Source: Syntrophobacteraceae bacterium
GTDB taxonomy: Bacteria > Desulfobacterota > Syntrophobacteria > Syntrophobacterales > Syntrophobacteraceae
DNA: 64,000 nucleotides
Direction: 5' to 3'
Assembly: GCA_031292195.1 (NCBI GenBank)
Contig: JARLHP010000198.1
Coordinates: forward strand, 432 to 64,431
Shown here in pieces: positions 9,383 to 17,527 of this stretch; position 1 is the stretch's first letter; every line of letters begins with the position of its first letter. The notes beneath the pieces are model-generated. The model searched no databases. It was not told the DNA's origin and saw only the letters and a list, made by a program, of their open reading frames with translations. Both the position numbers and the translations under genes were made by a program.

Positions 9383-9430
9383 GTAGGGTGGGCAAAAGCG
9401 AAAGCGTTGCCCACCAACGGTTGGTGGGCA
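9383..9430. repeat. Three-arm palindromic element GGTGGGCAA...TTGCCCACCAA.cgg.TTGGTGGGCA between convergent genes
   Basis: GGTGGGCAA/TTGCCCACC form a 9-bp stem with an 11-nt loop. The middle arm can alternatively pair with the third arm (TGCCCACCAA/TTGGTGGGCA, 10 bp, 3-nt loop). Confidence 0.6.
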
Positions 9431-9479
9431 CAAAAGGGGCGCCCGGCCGGCCAAAAGGCTCAATGACCCCGCCTTATCC

Positions 9480-10388
9480 TCATTCCTTCCCGGTTATGGA
9501 ATATTTATCCAGGTATCCCCTGGGGGTGACCATCCAGCCTTTCCAGACATAGGTCCGGCTGTTTCCCACGATTATCACGGACTGCATGTCCACCTCGCTC
9601 ACGGGCAACTCGCCCAGCGTGGAAATGCGCTTCCACTGCCCTTCGCGCATCGCCTTGCGCACGATCCCCACAGGGGTCTGCGCCGAACGGACGCCAAGAA
9701 GTATCTGCCTGGCCTCTTCCAGCAAATCCGGCCTGCTCTTGCTCCGGGGGTTATAGATCGCCAGGACGAAATCGGCCTCGGCGGCAGCCCGCAACCGTTT
9801 CGTAATGACCTCCCACGGAGTCAGATGATCGCTCAGGCTGACCGCGGCGAAATCGTGCATGAGGGGAGCCCCAAGAAGAGATGCCGCCGCGTTGAAAGCG
9901 GCAATCCCCGGAATCACGCGCAGAAAAAAACCGCATCCTTCCGGCCCGACGCTTCCAGGCTGACCGGGGCCGGGGGCCCCGTCCCACTCCACGACATCGA
10001 TCTGCCTTTGCCGGCAGATATCCAGAACGAGCCCGGCCATGCCGTAGATGCCGGCATCGCCGCTCGAAATCAGGGCGACCTTTCTGCCCGCCAGTCCATA
10101 CTCTATGGCCGCCTGGCAGCGCTCCACCTCCTTGCGCATTCCGCTGGAAATGACGGTCTTATCGCCCAGAAGGTCTTCTACCAGGTCCAGGTAGGTCTTG
10201 TACCCCAGGACCACTTCGGCCGTTTCGAGCGCTTCGAGCGCTTCGGCGGCCATATAGGACCGGTGTCCGGGGCCTAGGCCGATTATGGAGAGCCTACCCG
10301 GGCAACCGCCAGAGTGCAGTTCCCCCTTTTCCTTTTGGGCGCAAGCAACTCCTGCGTCCCCGCACTCCAAAGAGCGCTCGCTTCGCAT
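9480..10388 (-). CDS. cbiH: Precorrin-3B / cobalt-factor III C17-methyltransferase
   Basis: GRLSIIGLGPG...VVLGYKTYLDL...ALISSGDAGIYGMAGLVLD tetrapyrrole methylase signature with a CbiH/CobJ-type C-terminal half. Start is uncertain: ATG 10388 overlaps the cbiG end by ~100 nt. Confidence 0.8.
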   Translation of the reverse strand: MRSERSLECGDAGVACAQKEKGELHSGGCPGRLSIIGLGPGHRSYMAAEALEALETAEVVLGYKTYLDLVEDLLGDKTVISSGMRKEVERCQAAIEYGLAGRKVALISSGDAGIYGMAGLVLDICRQRQIDVVEWDGAPGPGQPGSVGPEGCGFFLRVIPGIAAFNAAASLLGAPLMHDFAAVSLSDHLTPWEVITKRLRAAAEADFVLAIYNPRSKSRPDLLEEARQILLGVRSAQTPVGIVRKAMREGQWKRISTLGELPVSEVDMQSVIIVGNSRTYVWKGWMVTPRGYLDKYSITGKE

Positions 10389-11344
10389 ACGCTTTTAACT
10401 CCTGCATGCCTGGCAACCATTTCCGACGGATTAGGGACCCAAATCCCCTCGATATCCCGGCGGGCGCAAAAATAAATGGGCCTCTCGAACACTTTGGCCG
10501 CTTCCAAAAGCCCGACCTCGTCGGCCTTGATATCCAGGCTGGCGAAATTCCTGACAGAAAGAGGTGAGAGCCCGCTTTCCATCAGTTTTTCTTTGATAAA
10601 TCCAACTATTTCCTCACAACTCGTTCCCCTGTTGCACCCCACCCCGACCACCAGGTTGCGCGGCCGCACCGCCAAACATTCCACACCCCGGGGAGCGAGC
10701 AATTCCGAAACCCATATGCCCGGACTTTCATAAAACTTGGCGACATCTTCTCCGGCCCCGATCTCACGAAAACCGTGGTCCGGCGGAAGATATCCCAGCA
10801 GAAGCCTTGCCGGGTCGAATATTCAAAGCGGCTCCTCGTCCAGGATGGCCGCCTGGACTCTGGCTGCCATCTCGATGTTTTCGATCAATAGACCCGCCTT
10901 TTGGACCGCAAGGTCCACGGCGGGCTTTTCCTGGATATCCGAGGCCGTGGTGATGACGGCTCTTCCGCCGGTCATCGCGGCCACCTTTCGGGCCAGTTCG
11001 TTGGCGCCGCCTATATGCCCCGCAAGAAGGCTTATGGCAAAGGCGCCGTCCTGGTCGACGACCACAACCGCCGGGTCCCTGGTCTTGTGTTCGAGCATGG
11101 GCGCAGCCATTCGGACCGCTATGCCGCAACTCATTATGCACACCATCTGGTCATATTCGAGCCATGCGGGCCTGAAGACATCCGAGAGGCGGGCGAAAGG
11201 AATCATCCCCGGCTGGAGGGCGTAGCGATCGGAGCAAAAACAGGCACTCCCCTCCATCTGCGAGGAAAGCCTGGCGGCCAGTTCAGCCCCCCTGCGGGTC
11301 AGGGCGAAAATCGCCGTTCGTGGTCTACCCGTTTTTTCCACCAT
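10283..11344 (-). pseudogene. cbiG: Cobalamin biosynthesis protein CbiG interrupted by one in-frame TGA (10823-10825), or a split gene
   Basis: Track ORFs 10823..11431 (CbiG N-terminal and middle parts: MSCGIAVRMAAPML...DPAVVVVDQDGAFAISLLAGHIGGANELARKVA...AVITTASD) and 10283..10702 (CbiG C-terminal domain: VVGVGCNRGT...) are in the same frame. My translation across the gap reads AILDEEPL*IFDPARLLLGYLPPDHGFREIGAGEDVAKFYESPGIWVSELLAPRGVE. Start taken at ATG 11344 (MVEKTG...). Confidence 0.75.
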
Positions 11345-12110
11345 CCCGGAACTGATGACTGAAGGATTTGTCATAAAGCTTGGACCTTTTGCCCCCCTCT
11401 CCTTCCGGCGCATTCGCCCCAAACACCTCACCCACCAGAATCAGGGCCTGGCGCCCGATTTGCTCCGCGCGCACCTGACCGGCTATATCGCCCAGGGTAC
11501 CCCGCAAAAATTTCTGGTCCGGCCAGCCCACCCGGTAAGCCACCATGACCGGAGTGTCCGGTGCGTAATGCTCGCCAAGCTGCCCCACGACCTCTTCGAT
11601 GCGCTGAACGCTCAAGTATATGAGCATGGTAGCCCGGTGCGAGGCAAGATCTGCCAGACTTTCTTTTCCGGGAACCGGCGTTCTGCCTCCCAGCCGGGTC
11701 AAAATAACGGTCTGGGATATCTCCGGGATTGTCAGCACCCTGTTCATGGCCGCGGCGGCGGCAAATGCGGCGGTAACTCCCGGAACCACCGCGTAGGGAA
11801 TATTATCACTATCGAGCAGAGCCATCTGCTCGTGCAGCGCGCCGTAAAGGCCGGGGTCTCCGGTATGGAGCCTGACCACCTTCTCCCCCGCTTCATAGCC
11901 TTCCTTCAGGAGCGCATGAGTCTGTTCGAGAGTGAGGGGAGCGCTGTCGAACGCCAAGACATCCTTCCTGCAGTATTGCAGCAAGGTTTTCGGAACCAAA
12001 GAACCGGCGTAAACGACCCGGTCAGCCTCCTGGAGCAGCCGCATCCCTTTCACCGTGATGAGTTCGGGGTCGCCCGGACCGGCCCCGACGAATCGCACAG
12101 GCTCATTCAT
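11325..12110 (-). CDS. cbiF: Precorrin-4 / cobalt-precorrin-4 C11-methyltransferase
   Basis: VRFVGAGPGDPELITVKG...VVYAGSLV...VVRLHTGDPGLYGA...VVPGVTAAFAAAA; CbiF/CobM pattern. Start at internal ATG 12110 (MNEPVRFVGAGPGDP). Confidence 0.85.
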   Translation of the reverse strand: MNEPVRFVGAGPGDPELITVKGMRLLQEADRVVYAGSLVPKTLLQYCRKDVLAFDSAPLTLEQTHALLKEGYEAGEKVVRLHTGDPGLYGALHEQMALLDSDNIPYAVVPGVTAAFAAAAAMNRVLTIPEISQTVILTRLGGRTPVPGKESLADLASHRATMLIYLSVQRIEEVVGQLGEHYAPDTPVMVAYRVGWPDQKFLRGTLGDIAGQVRAEQIGRQALILVGEVFGANAPEGEGGKRSKLYDKSFSHQFRDGGKNG

Positions 12111-12511
12111 GTTGCCATCCTCTGAGTAAGGCGGAAGCAAGAATCGCAGAAAGTTTCGCACGCGGTGCTTCCTGCTTCCTGAAAATGTTTGCGCTATTTT
12201 TCCCATCTCGGAGGCGGACTGTCAAGACAGGAGGCATGAATACCCGGCCTGCTCCAAAAAGAAATCCCCCCTAAAGCCATTTATAGGGTCCATACGTTTT
12301 TTTCTTTTCGAAACAATAGCTTTGAACTATATTTAGGGACTGTTGAGGGGGGTGTCCCGGAGCTGTTGTCCCCACCTTTTTTTATCTGCTGCGCTTACTT
12401 GGCTCCAATCCCCCGCCGTTTTTTTTGCCTGAGAGGCTTGCGCGTGCGCGTGCCTTCGGAGCGTTTTAGCCCGGATAAGAGTCCATGCCCATACTCAAGG
12501 AGAGTGATCCG

Positions 12512-12949
12512 ATGGAAAACTTTGAACCGATTGTGGTTGCCTTCTGTTGCACCCAATGAGCGTACGCCGCGGCGGACCTGGCAGGTTCGATGAGATTGTC
12601 GTATCCGAGCAGTATAAAGATAGTTAAAGTGCCCTGCACCGGCAGGGTGGCCGTGATCCATCTCATGAAGGCGCTGGAAAAAGGGGCTGACGGCGTTTTT
12701 GTCGCCGGCTGCATGGAAGGCGACTGCAAATATCAGGTGGGAAATATAAGAGCCAGAATGCGGGTCGAATACGTCCGGCAACTGCTCCAAACCATTGGCA
12801 TGGAGCCCGACCGTGTGGCCATGTACAACATGTCCTCCGGAGAAGGGCCGCGGTTTGCCGAAGTCTGCCGCGAGATGGCCGAGAAAGTCCGCAAGCTCGG
12901 CCCCAACCCGATAAGAGTGAATCAGAGCGGTGGCGAAAAAGCCGCGTGA
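12512..12949 (+). CDS. mvhD: MvhD/FlpD-like hydrogenase iron-sulfur (delta) subunit with a probable selenocysteine at codon 16 (TGA 12557-12559)
   Basis: The track ORF starts only at 12590. ATG 12512 (preceded by AAGGAG) is in the same frame and gives MENFEPIVVAFCCTQ[TGA]AYAAADLAGSMRLSYPSSIKIVKVPCTGRV...GADGVFVAGCMEGDCKY. This is the MvhD N-terminal pattern (...FCCNWC.Y.GAD.AG...) with TGA exactly at the third Cys. Confidence 0.8.
12573..12589 (+). other. Candidate bacterial SECIS hairpin (CGGACC-UGGCA-GGUUCG)
   Basis: 17-nt stem-loop (6 bp including one G-U, with a 5-nt loop containing GG) starting 13 nt after the in-frame UGA. Spacing and size are similar to the minimal E. coli fdhF SECIS. 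Folded by eye only. Confidence 0.4.
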
Positions 12950-12963
12950 TACGGAAATTCCAA

Positions 12964-12996
12964 AGACCCCCTGCGGCCTCAGGGGGTCTTTTCTTT
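12964..12996 (+). terminator. Rho-independent terminator, probably bidirectional, between mvhD and the convergent GT2 gene
   Basis: AGACCCCCTG-cggcct-CAGGGGGTCT perfect 10-bp stem followed by TTTTCTTT and preceded by CAAA. It overlaps the last codons of the minus-strand GT2 gene. Confidence 0.65.
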
Positions 12997-13764
12997 GGAA
13001 GCTAAACCCTTCCTGCCGCTGTTCGTCAATTCATAGAGCTTTGCATATTTCAGAAAAGTCCCCAATCCTTTCGAAAGCGATATCACAAACCCGTCGAAGC
13101 CGGCGCTGAAGCCCAGCCGGAGAAAATAATTCCGGAAAAACATCCACGCGCCCCGAAAAAGGGCATCGCAGGGGCCTGCCCTTTTGCCCGCGGCAAGCAT
13201 CTGCCCGGCCTGCTCGGTCGAGTAGCCATCGAGTTTTGTGAAAAGTTCCGAGTAGGAATTGTAGCTGAAATGTTCGATGCAGCACTTGAGCCTTTTGGTG
13301 AGGCCGTCTACGACCAGCCTTTCGTGGGTCAGCCCCTCGAACCTGCTCTTGTTCTTTTTAATGAGCCGGGTGACTTCGTCCGGCCACCAGTCGGTGGAGC
13401 TGATCCATTTTCCGTGAAACAGGTTTTTGCGCCGGAACGAATAACCGTCGGCGCCGCCCTGCCCCAAGACCAGTTCTTCGATTTTCAAGGCGGTTTCCGG
13501 CGGGACCCGTTCGTCGGCATCCAGCGTCAGGACCCAGTCGTAAGAGCACTTTTCGAGGGCGCTGTTCTTCTGAGGGCCATAACCCTTCCAGGGCTCGACC
13601 AAAAAGCGCGCCCCGAACTCTTTGGCGATATCCGCCGTCCGGTCGACACTGCCGCAGTCAACGATCACCACTTCGGCCGCGAACAAGACGCTCTCCAGGC
13701 AGCCCGGCAAATCCGTTTCTTCGTTTTTGGTGATGATCGCCACTGAAAGAGGAACTTTATTCAT
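12979..13764 (-). CDS. Family 2 glycosyltransferase
   Basis: LSVAIITKNEE..L..CLESV...VVIVDCGSVDRT...LDADE (DxD) typical of GT2. Confidence 0.85.
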   Translation of the reverse strand: MNKVPLSVAIITKNEETDLPGCLESVLFAAEVVIVDCGSVDRTADIAKEFGARFLVEPWKGYGPQKNSALEKCSYDWVLTLDADERVPPETALKIEELVLGQGGADGYSFRRKNLFHGKWISSTDWWPDEVTRLIKKNKSRFEGLTHERLVVDGLTKRLKCCIEHFSYNSYSELFTKLDGYSTEQAGQMLAAGKRAGPCDALFRGAWMFFRNYFLRLGFSAGFDGFVISLSKGLGTFLKYAKLYELTNSGRKGLASKEKTP

Positions 13765-14274
13765 CGGATTTCCCCGTTAAGGAAGGGTCCAAGGAGCCGG
13801 AAGCGAAGAGCAAATACAACTCCCTGTTGCCCACTTCCTGCTCACGGCTCCTTACTTTTTGCAAGTCCGGAGTCCGCAAGAAACTTATCTCTGCTCTCAT
13901 CTTTGGCCTGCCTTCAACAGTATAGTGCTGTCCGCCGTCGAGCTCTACAACCAACTTCGCGCTTGGACAGTAAAAATCGACTATGTAGTTGTCGATGGCC
14001 TTCTGAGCATAGAAAACCCGACCATTGATAGGAAGTTGCGTTCAAGACGCGTTAAACAGATGGGTTCCACTGCGTTTCACCCACCCTACAGCGGCTCTCG
14101 GCGGGCTGGCGTAGGATGGGTGGAGCGAAAGCGCAACCCATCAGGCAAATCTTGAACGTAACCCGGTATGAATTGTTTTCGCCTGAGTTTGGCCCAGAGA
14201 GTTCGTTCGGCGTCGGTCATCTTCCTGCGAAGTTCTCTCGCAAGAGGCTTGAGGCTTCCGCTGCAAGGCGGCAT
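13757..14274 (-). pseudogene. DUF559 (Vsr-like endonuclease fold) gene, split by a MITE-like insertion and further frameshifted
   Basis: The N-terminal piece LARELRRKMTDAERTLWAKLRRKQF (track ORF 14086..14403) and the C-terminal piece ...NYIVDFYCPSAKLVVELDGGQHY... (my translation upstream of, and into, track ORF 13757..13954) are the two halves of the DUF559 consensus, separated by the repeat at 14028-14173. After GGQHY the expected DESRDKFLADSGL motif is in a different frame. Confidence 0.65.
14028..14173. mobile_element. MITE-like repeat, copy 1 (inside the DUF559 gene)
   Basis: ~145 nt, similar along its length to 56116-56255 and 56329-56466. Terminal inverted repeat GCGTTCAAGA...TCTTGAACG(T/C), and an internal long palindrome CACCCA(T/C)CCTAC...GTAGGATGGGTG. 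Confidence 0.65.
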
Positions 14275-14490
14275 CAGGAAATCCCACAGCCCCACATACA
14301 GAAACCATCTGCAAGCCCGGGGGCGCCCCGGGAGCGCTCGATGCGTGAGTGCAACCGAAATGCACGATGTGTTCTCCACACAGCGCACCGTATCCTTTTT
14401 CATACCCGCGCCGGGATTTCCAACACTGTTTCATGCAATTGCCCCGCTCTCCGCTCCATTTTTAATTCCATTTTCAGCGGTGAGGCTATA

Positions 14491-15408
14491 ATGTTTAAAT
14501 TTAAATTACAGCTCAAGCGGAGATCTACCATGGACGGAATGCACTACGAGGGCTTCATTATCCGCCCTCCCAGCGAAGCGGACAGCATCTTGCTCCAGGT
14601 CACCCTCGGATGCTCGCACAACCGGTGCACATTTTGCGGGTCATACAAGGACAAGCCTTTTGCCATAAAGGACGACGCGGTAATCGACGCGGATATCGAT
14701 TACGCCGCCAAAAACCTCCAGTTTCTGAGAAGGGTTTTTCTTATCGATGGCGACGCCCTGATTCTCCCCCAGAAAAAGCTGGTCAGGATACTGTCCCAAA
14801 TTAGGGAAAAGATGCCCTGGGTGCAACGGGTGGGGACTTACGCCGGCGCCAGGGCCATCCTTGGAAAAACCGAGGAGGAACTGGCCGCGCTTCGCGACCT
14901 CGGATTGGGCATAATTTACTTCGGCCTGGAGAGCGGGGATGCTCAGGTGCTCCAGGACATCGGAAAACAGCAGTCCCCCGAACGGATGATAGAGGCCGGC
15001 CGAAAAGTCCGGGCCGCCGGCATGAAGCTTTCGACCATGGTCATCCTGGGGCTTGCCGGACGCGAGAGGTCCCTCGAACATGCCCGCGCAACCGGAAAGG
15101 CTCTATCGGCCATCGACCCCAATTACGCCGGAGTGCTTACCCTCATGATTCACCCCGGCACTTCGCTCGAACAGCAGGTGAACAGCGGCCGGTTCGAATT
15201 GCTCACCTCCCGCGAAATGCTCGAAGAACTTAGGGAAATGCTTGTGCACACCCACATGACGCGCGGCATTTTCATTGCCAACCACGCCTCCAACTACCTT
15301 CCCCTGAGGGTCAAAATGCCCGCGGACAAGGATAAGGCCATATCGATGCTCGATACCGCGCTAAGGGGCGAAACCGCCCTCAAACCGGAATGGATGAGGG
15401 GGCTTTGA
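14491..15408 (+). CDS. Radical SAM protein (function unknown)
   Basis: CSHNRCTFC (CxxxCxxC) cluster motif, then GDAL..., GLESGD..., typical radical SAM core. The track ORF start 14116 reads through the MITE and is rejected. ATG 14491 or ATG 14530 are plausible starts. Confidence 0.85.
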   Translation: MFKFKLQLKRRSTMDGMHYEGFIIRPPSEADSILLQVTLGCSHNRCTFCGSYKDKPFAIKDDAVIDADIDYAAKNLQFLRRVFLIDGDALILPQKKLVRILSQIREKMPWVQRVGTYAGARAILGKTEEELAALRDLGLGIIYFGLESGDAQVLQDIGKQQSPERMIEAGRKVRAAGMKLSTMVILGLAGRERSLEHARATGKALSAIDPNYAGVLTLMIHPGTSLEQQVNSGRFELLTSREMLEELREMLVHTHMTRGIFIANHASNYLPLRVKMPADKDKAISMLDTALRGETALKPEWMRGL

Positions 15409-15575
15409 CCCAACCGTTGTCCTCCCGCAAACTTCCCGGTCGGCACGGCCATCTTGACGCCAGGGCCGACAGGGTAGTAACGGGATGCGATAGTCTCTAA
15501 ACGCGGCATAGTCTCTCATGGAGGTTTCTCGCTTTGCCAACGCTGCTTGAAACCTCAAAAGAGTCTCCTTCCCGG

Positions 15576-16253
15576 CTAATCCTCAATGTCCCGGTCCGGT
15601 TCCTGCTCATCCCAATCTTCCGGGTCCAGACCTGTTATCCAATGGAATCCGTCCGGCCCCAGACGCTGCGTTAGCGTATCCATTATCCTGTTGCATTTCG
15701 CCGGGGAATCGTTGGGACCAGACACGAAACAGGGCTTTCCGTCCCGTCCGAAGGTGAACTCATCAGGACAAAGAGCAGCATCGATGTCTCCGAAAATCTT
15801 TCGAGCCAATTTGTAGTCCGGATGCGGGTCGAAACCTATCTGCTTCGCATAGCCCGCCGCCTCTTCAACCAGTTTCCTGGCGCATGCGGGGTCTGTTTTT
15901 TGAAATACCTCATGTCCTTCGAATCTATTGACCATATCAAGGTATTTGACCTCGGATACAACCCGATAGAGCGCATCTTTGACTCCAAGGCAGTGCACAT
16001 CGAGCAGAAACACGCCCAATCCCAGATCCCCGCCCGGCAACTTGCGACTGACAATTACGTTGCCAATGCCTGTTTCAAAAAGCCCCACCGGCACGAGACA
16101 CTCATGGACCGGGAAATTAGCCGTAAGATCAGGCCGCCTGGAAGAAGCTCCGCCGCCACCCGCCTGCTCGGCCTTAACCGCAGCCTGAGCAGATTTGCGT
16201 TTGGCGGCCTTTTTTTCAAGCTGTTTCTGTCTCTTTCTGGGATCAATCGCCAT
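15576..16253 (-). CDS. Hypothetical protein with a lysine-rich N-terminal tail
   Basis: 225-aa ORF with coding-like composition. No motif I can assign. Confidence 0.6.
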   Translation of the reverse strand: MAIDPRKRQKQLEKKAAKRKSAQAAVKAEQAGGGGASSRRPDLTANFPVHECLVPVGLFETGIGNVIVSRKLPGGDLGLGVFLLDVHCLGVKDALYRVVSEVKYLDMVNRFEGHEVFQKTDPACARKLVEEAAGYAKQIGFDPHPDYKLARKIFGDIDAALCPDEFTFGRDGKPCFVSGPNDSPAKCNRIMDTLTQRLGPDGFHWITGLDPEDWDEQEPDRDIED

Positions 16254-16489
16254 TGTAATTGCCTTTCCCGAAGTACGGCAAATCAGCGCTCAAGCCTTGT
16301 TCCTTTTCCCGAGGACCTGGCCGTCCGCCGTCCGAGTCTAATCCGCAGCCTCTCATTGCTCTGACAACGTCATTATCCGAAATTTCTTTTCAATACAATT
16401 AAAACTCACCGTCTGCCACGCGTCCGCTATCGGCGCCTCTTGCCGCTAAATTCCGTTAGGTGCAGTTGCTTAAGCCGCAGGGATTGCGG

Positions 16490-16751
16490 GAAAAAAAGAA
16501 CGCACAGGCCAAAAGGGCTCTCTACCATGCGGCCATAAAAACTTTTCCGTGAAAAGGGGTTCTATCCCGCATCGGTAGATGAAATCGCCGAACTGGCCGG
16601 CTTTAGCCGGGCGACCTTTTTCAACCATTTCGGCTCGAAACAGGGAGTCCTTGGCTACTACGGGCAAGAGATCCGGGAGCGGGTCGAGGAGATGATCGCA
16701 GAGGCCGCCCCCAACCCCGCTCTTTTACCCTTCGCCTTTTCACGACCATAG
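16490..16751 (+). pseudogene. TetR/AcrR-family regulator remnant (HTH region only, frameshifted)
   Basis: My translation: ...KRALYHAAIKTFP* then, in another frame, KGFYPASVDEIAELAGFSRATFFNHFGSKQGVLGYY...; this is the TetR N-terminal HTH consensus. There is no ligand-binding domain; stop at 16749-16751. Confidence 0.55.
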
Positions 16752-16815
16752 GTTGTGCCCTCGAATCAGGTAGGTTACAATACCGACCGATCATAAACTG
16801 AAGGGACAGATAGAG

Positions 16816-17514
16816 TTGGAAACCGTTGTTCTTGCCTGCAACACCATTCGGGATGAAATTGAAAAGGCCGCGCTGGACACGCACTGCCCTTACCGTTTTG
16901 CATGGGTCGAATCGGGGCTGCACCTCGTGCCCGGATCCCTGCGCCTGAGGCTCCAGGAAGAGCTGGACAGGATGAACGGCGCGCAGAGAGTGCTTCTGGC
17001 TTTCGGCATCTGCGGCGGCGCCGTGACGGGACTAAAGACCGGGAATTTCCAGTTGGTCATACCGCGGGTCGACGACTGCATCACCCTGCTCCTCGGGTCG
17101 GCGGAAATCAAGCGGCGCTGCGCCGGCCGGGGCGGCGTCTATTTTCTTACCAGGGGCTGGCTGGAGGGAGAAGCAAACATCTGGAAGGAATACCATGCGA
17201 CCCTGGCCCGTTTCGGTCCGGAAAGGACCGAACGTATCTACCGAAAAATGCTGGCGCATTACAAATTCCTGGGACTTATAGACACCGGGGCTTACGAACT
17301 ATCAGACCTGCTGCCCCGGGCCCGGGAGATCTGCGCCGCCCTGCAACTGGAGCTTCTCACCCTGGAGGGGCAGGACCAATACCTCAGGCGTCTTCTCCAG
17401 GGGCCCTGGGATGAAGATTATTTCGCCACAATCCCCCCGTTCACCACTGTGGAGCTGACCGACCTGTGTCTTGATTCCTCGGCGCCTGTCCGGCAAATCC
17501 AGGCCGGAGTGTAG
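16816..17514 (+). CDS. DUF1638-family protein (associated with corrinoid methyltransferase systems)
   Basis: VVLACNTIRDEI...LAFGICGGA...IPRVDDCITLLLGS pattern as in DUF1638. Immediately precedes the RACo gene. Confidence 0.7.
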   Translation: METVVLACNTIRDEIEKAALDTHCPYRFAWVESGLHLVPGSLRLRLQEELDRMNGAQRVLLAFGICGGAVTGLKTGNFQLVIPRVDDCITLLLGSAEIKRRCAGRGGVYFLTRGWLEGEANIWKEYHATLARFGPERTERIYRKMLAHYKFLGLIDTGAYELSDLLPRAREICAALQLELLTLEGQDQYLRRLLQGPWDEDYFATIPPFTTVELTDLCLDSSAPVRQIQAGV

Positions 17515-17527
17515 AGGGAGCCCCCAA

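Noticed and set aside
12111-12511. Cobalamin riboswitch upstream of cbiF
   Set aside because: I looked for the B12 box and the GGTGCC / GCCACTG-type conserved elements on the minus strand and found none. There is only a simple leader hairpin (GGAAGCA...TGCTTCC). An Infernal scan would be decisive.
14116-14490. N-terminal extensions offered by the ORF track (here, and at 29276-29470, 41615-41980, 42351-42449, 58321-58503 and 19357-19419)
   Set aside because: The extensions read through repeats or intergenic sequence, lack conservation-like features, and better internal starts with Shine-Dalgarno sequences exist. Gene starts were trimmed accordingly.
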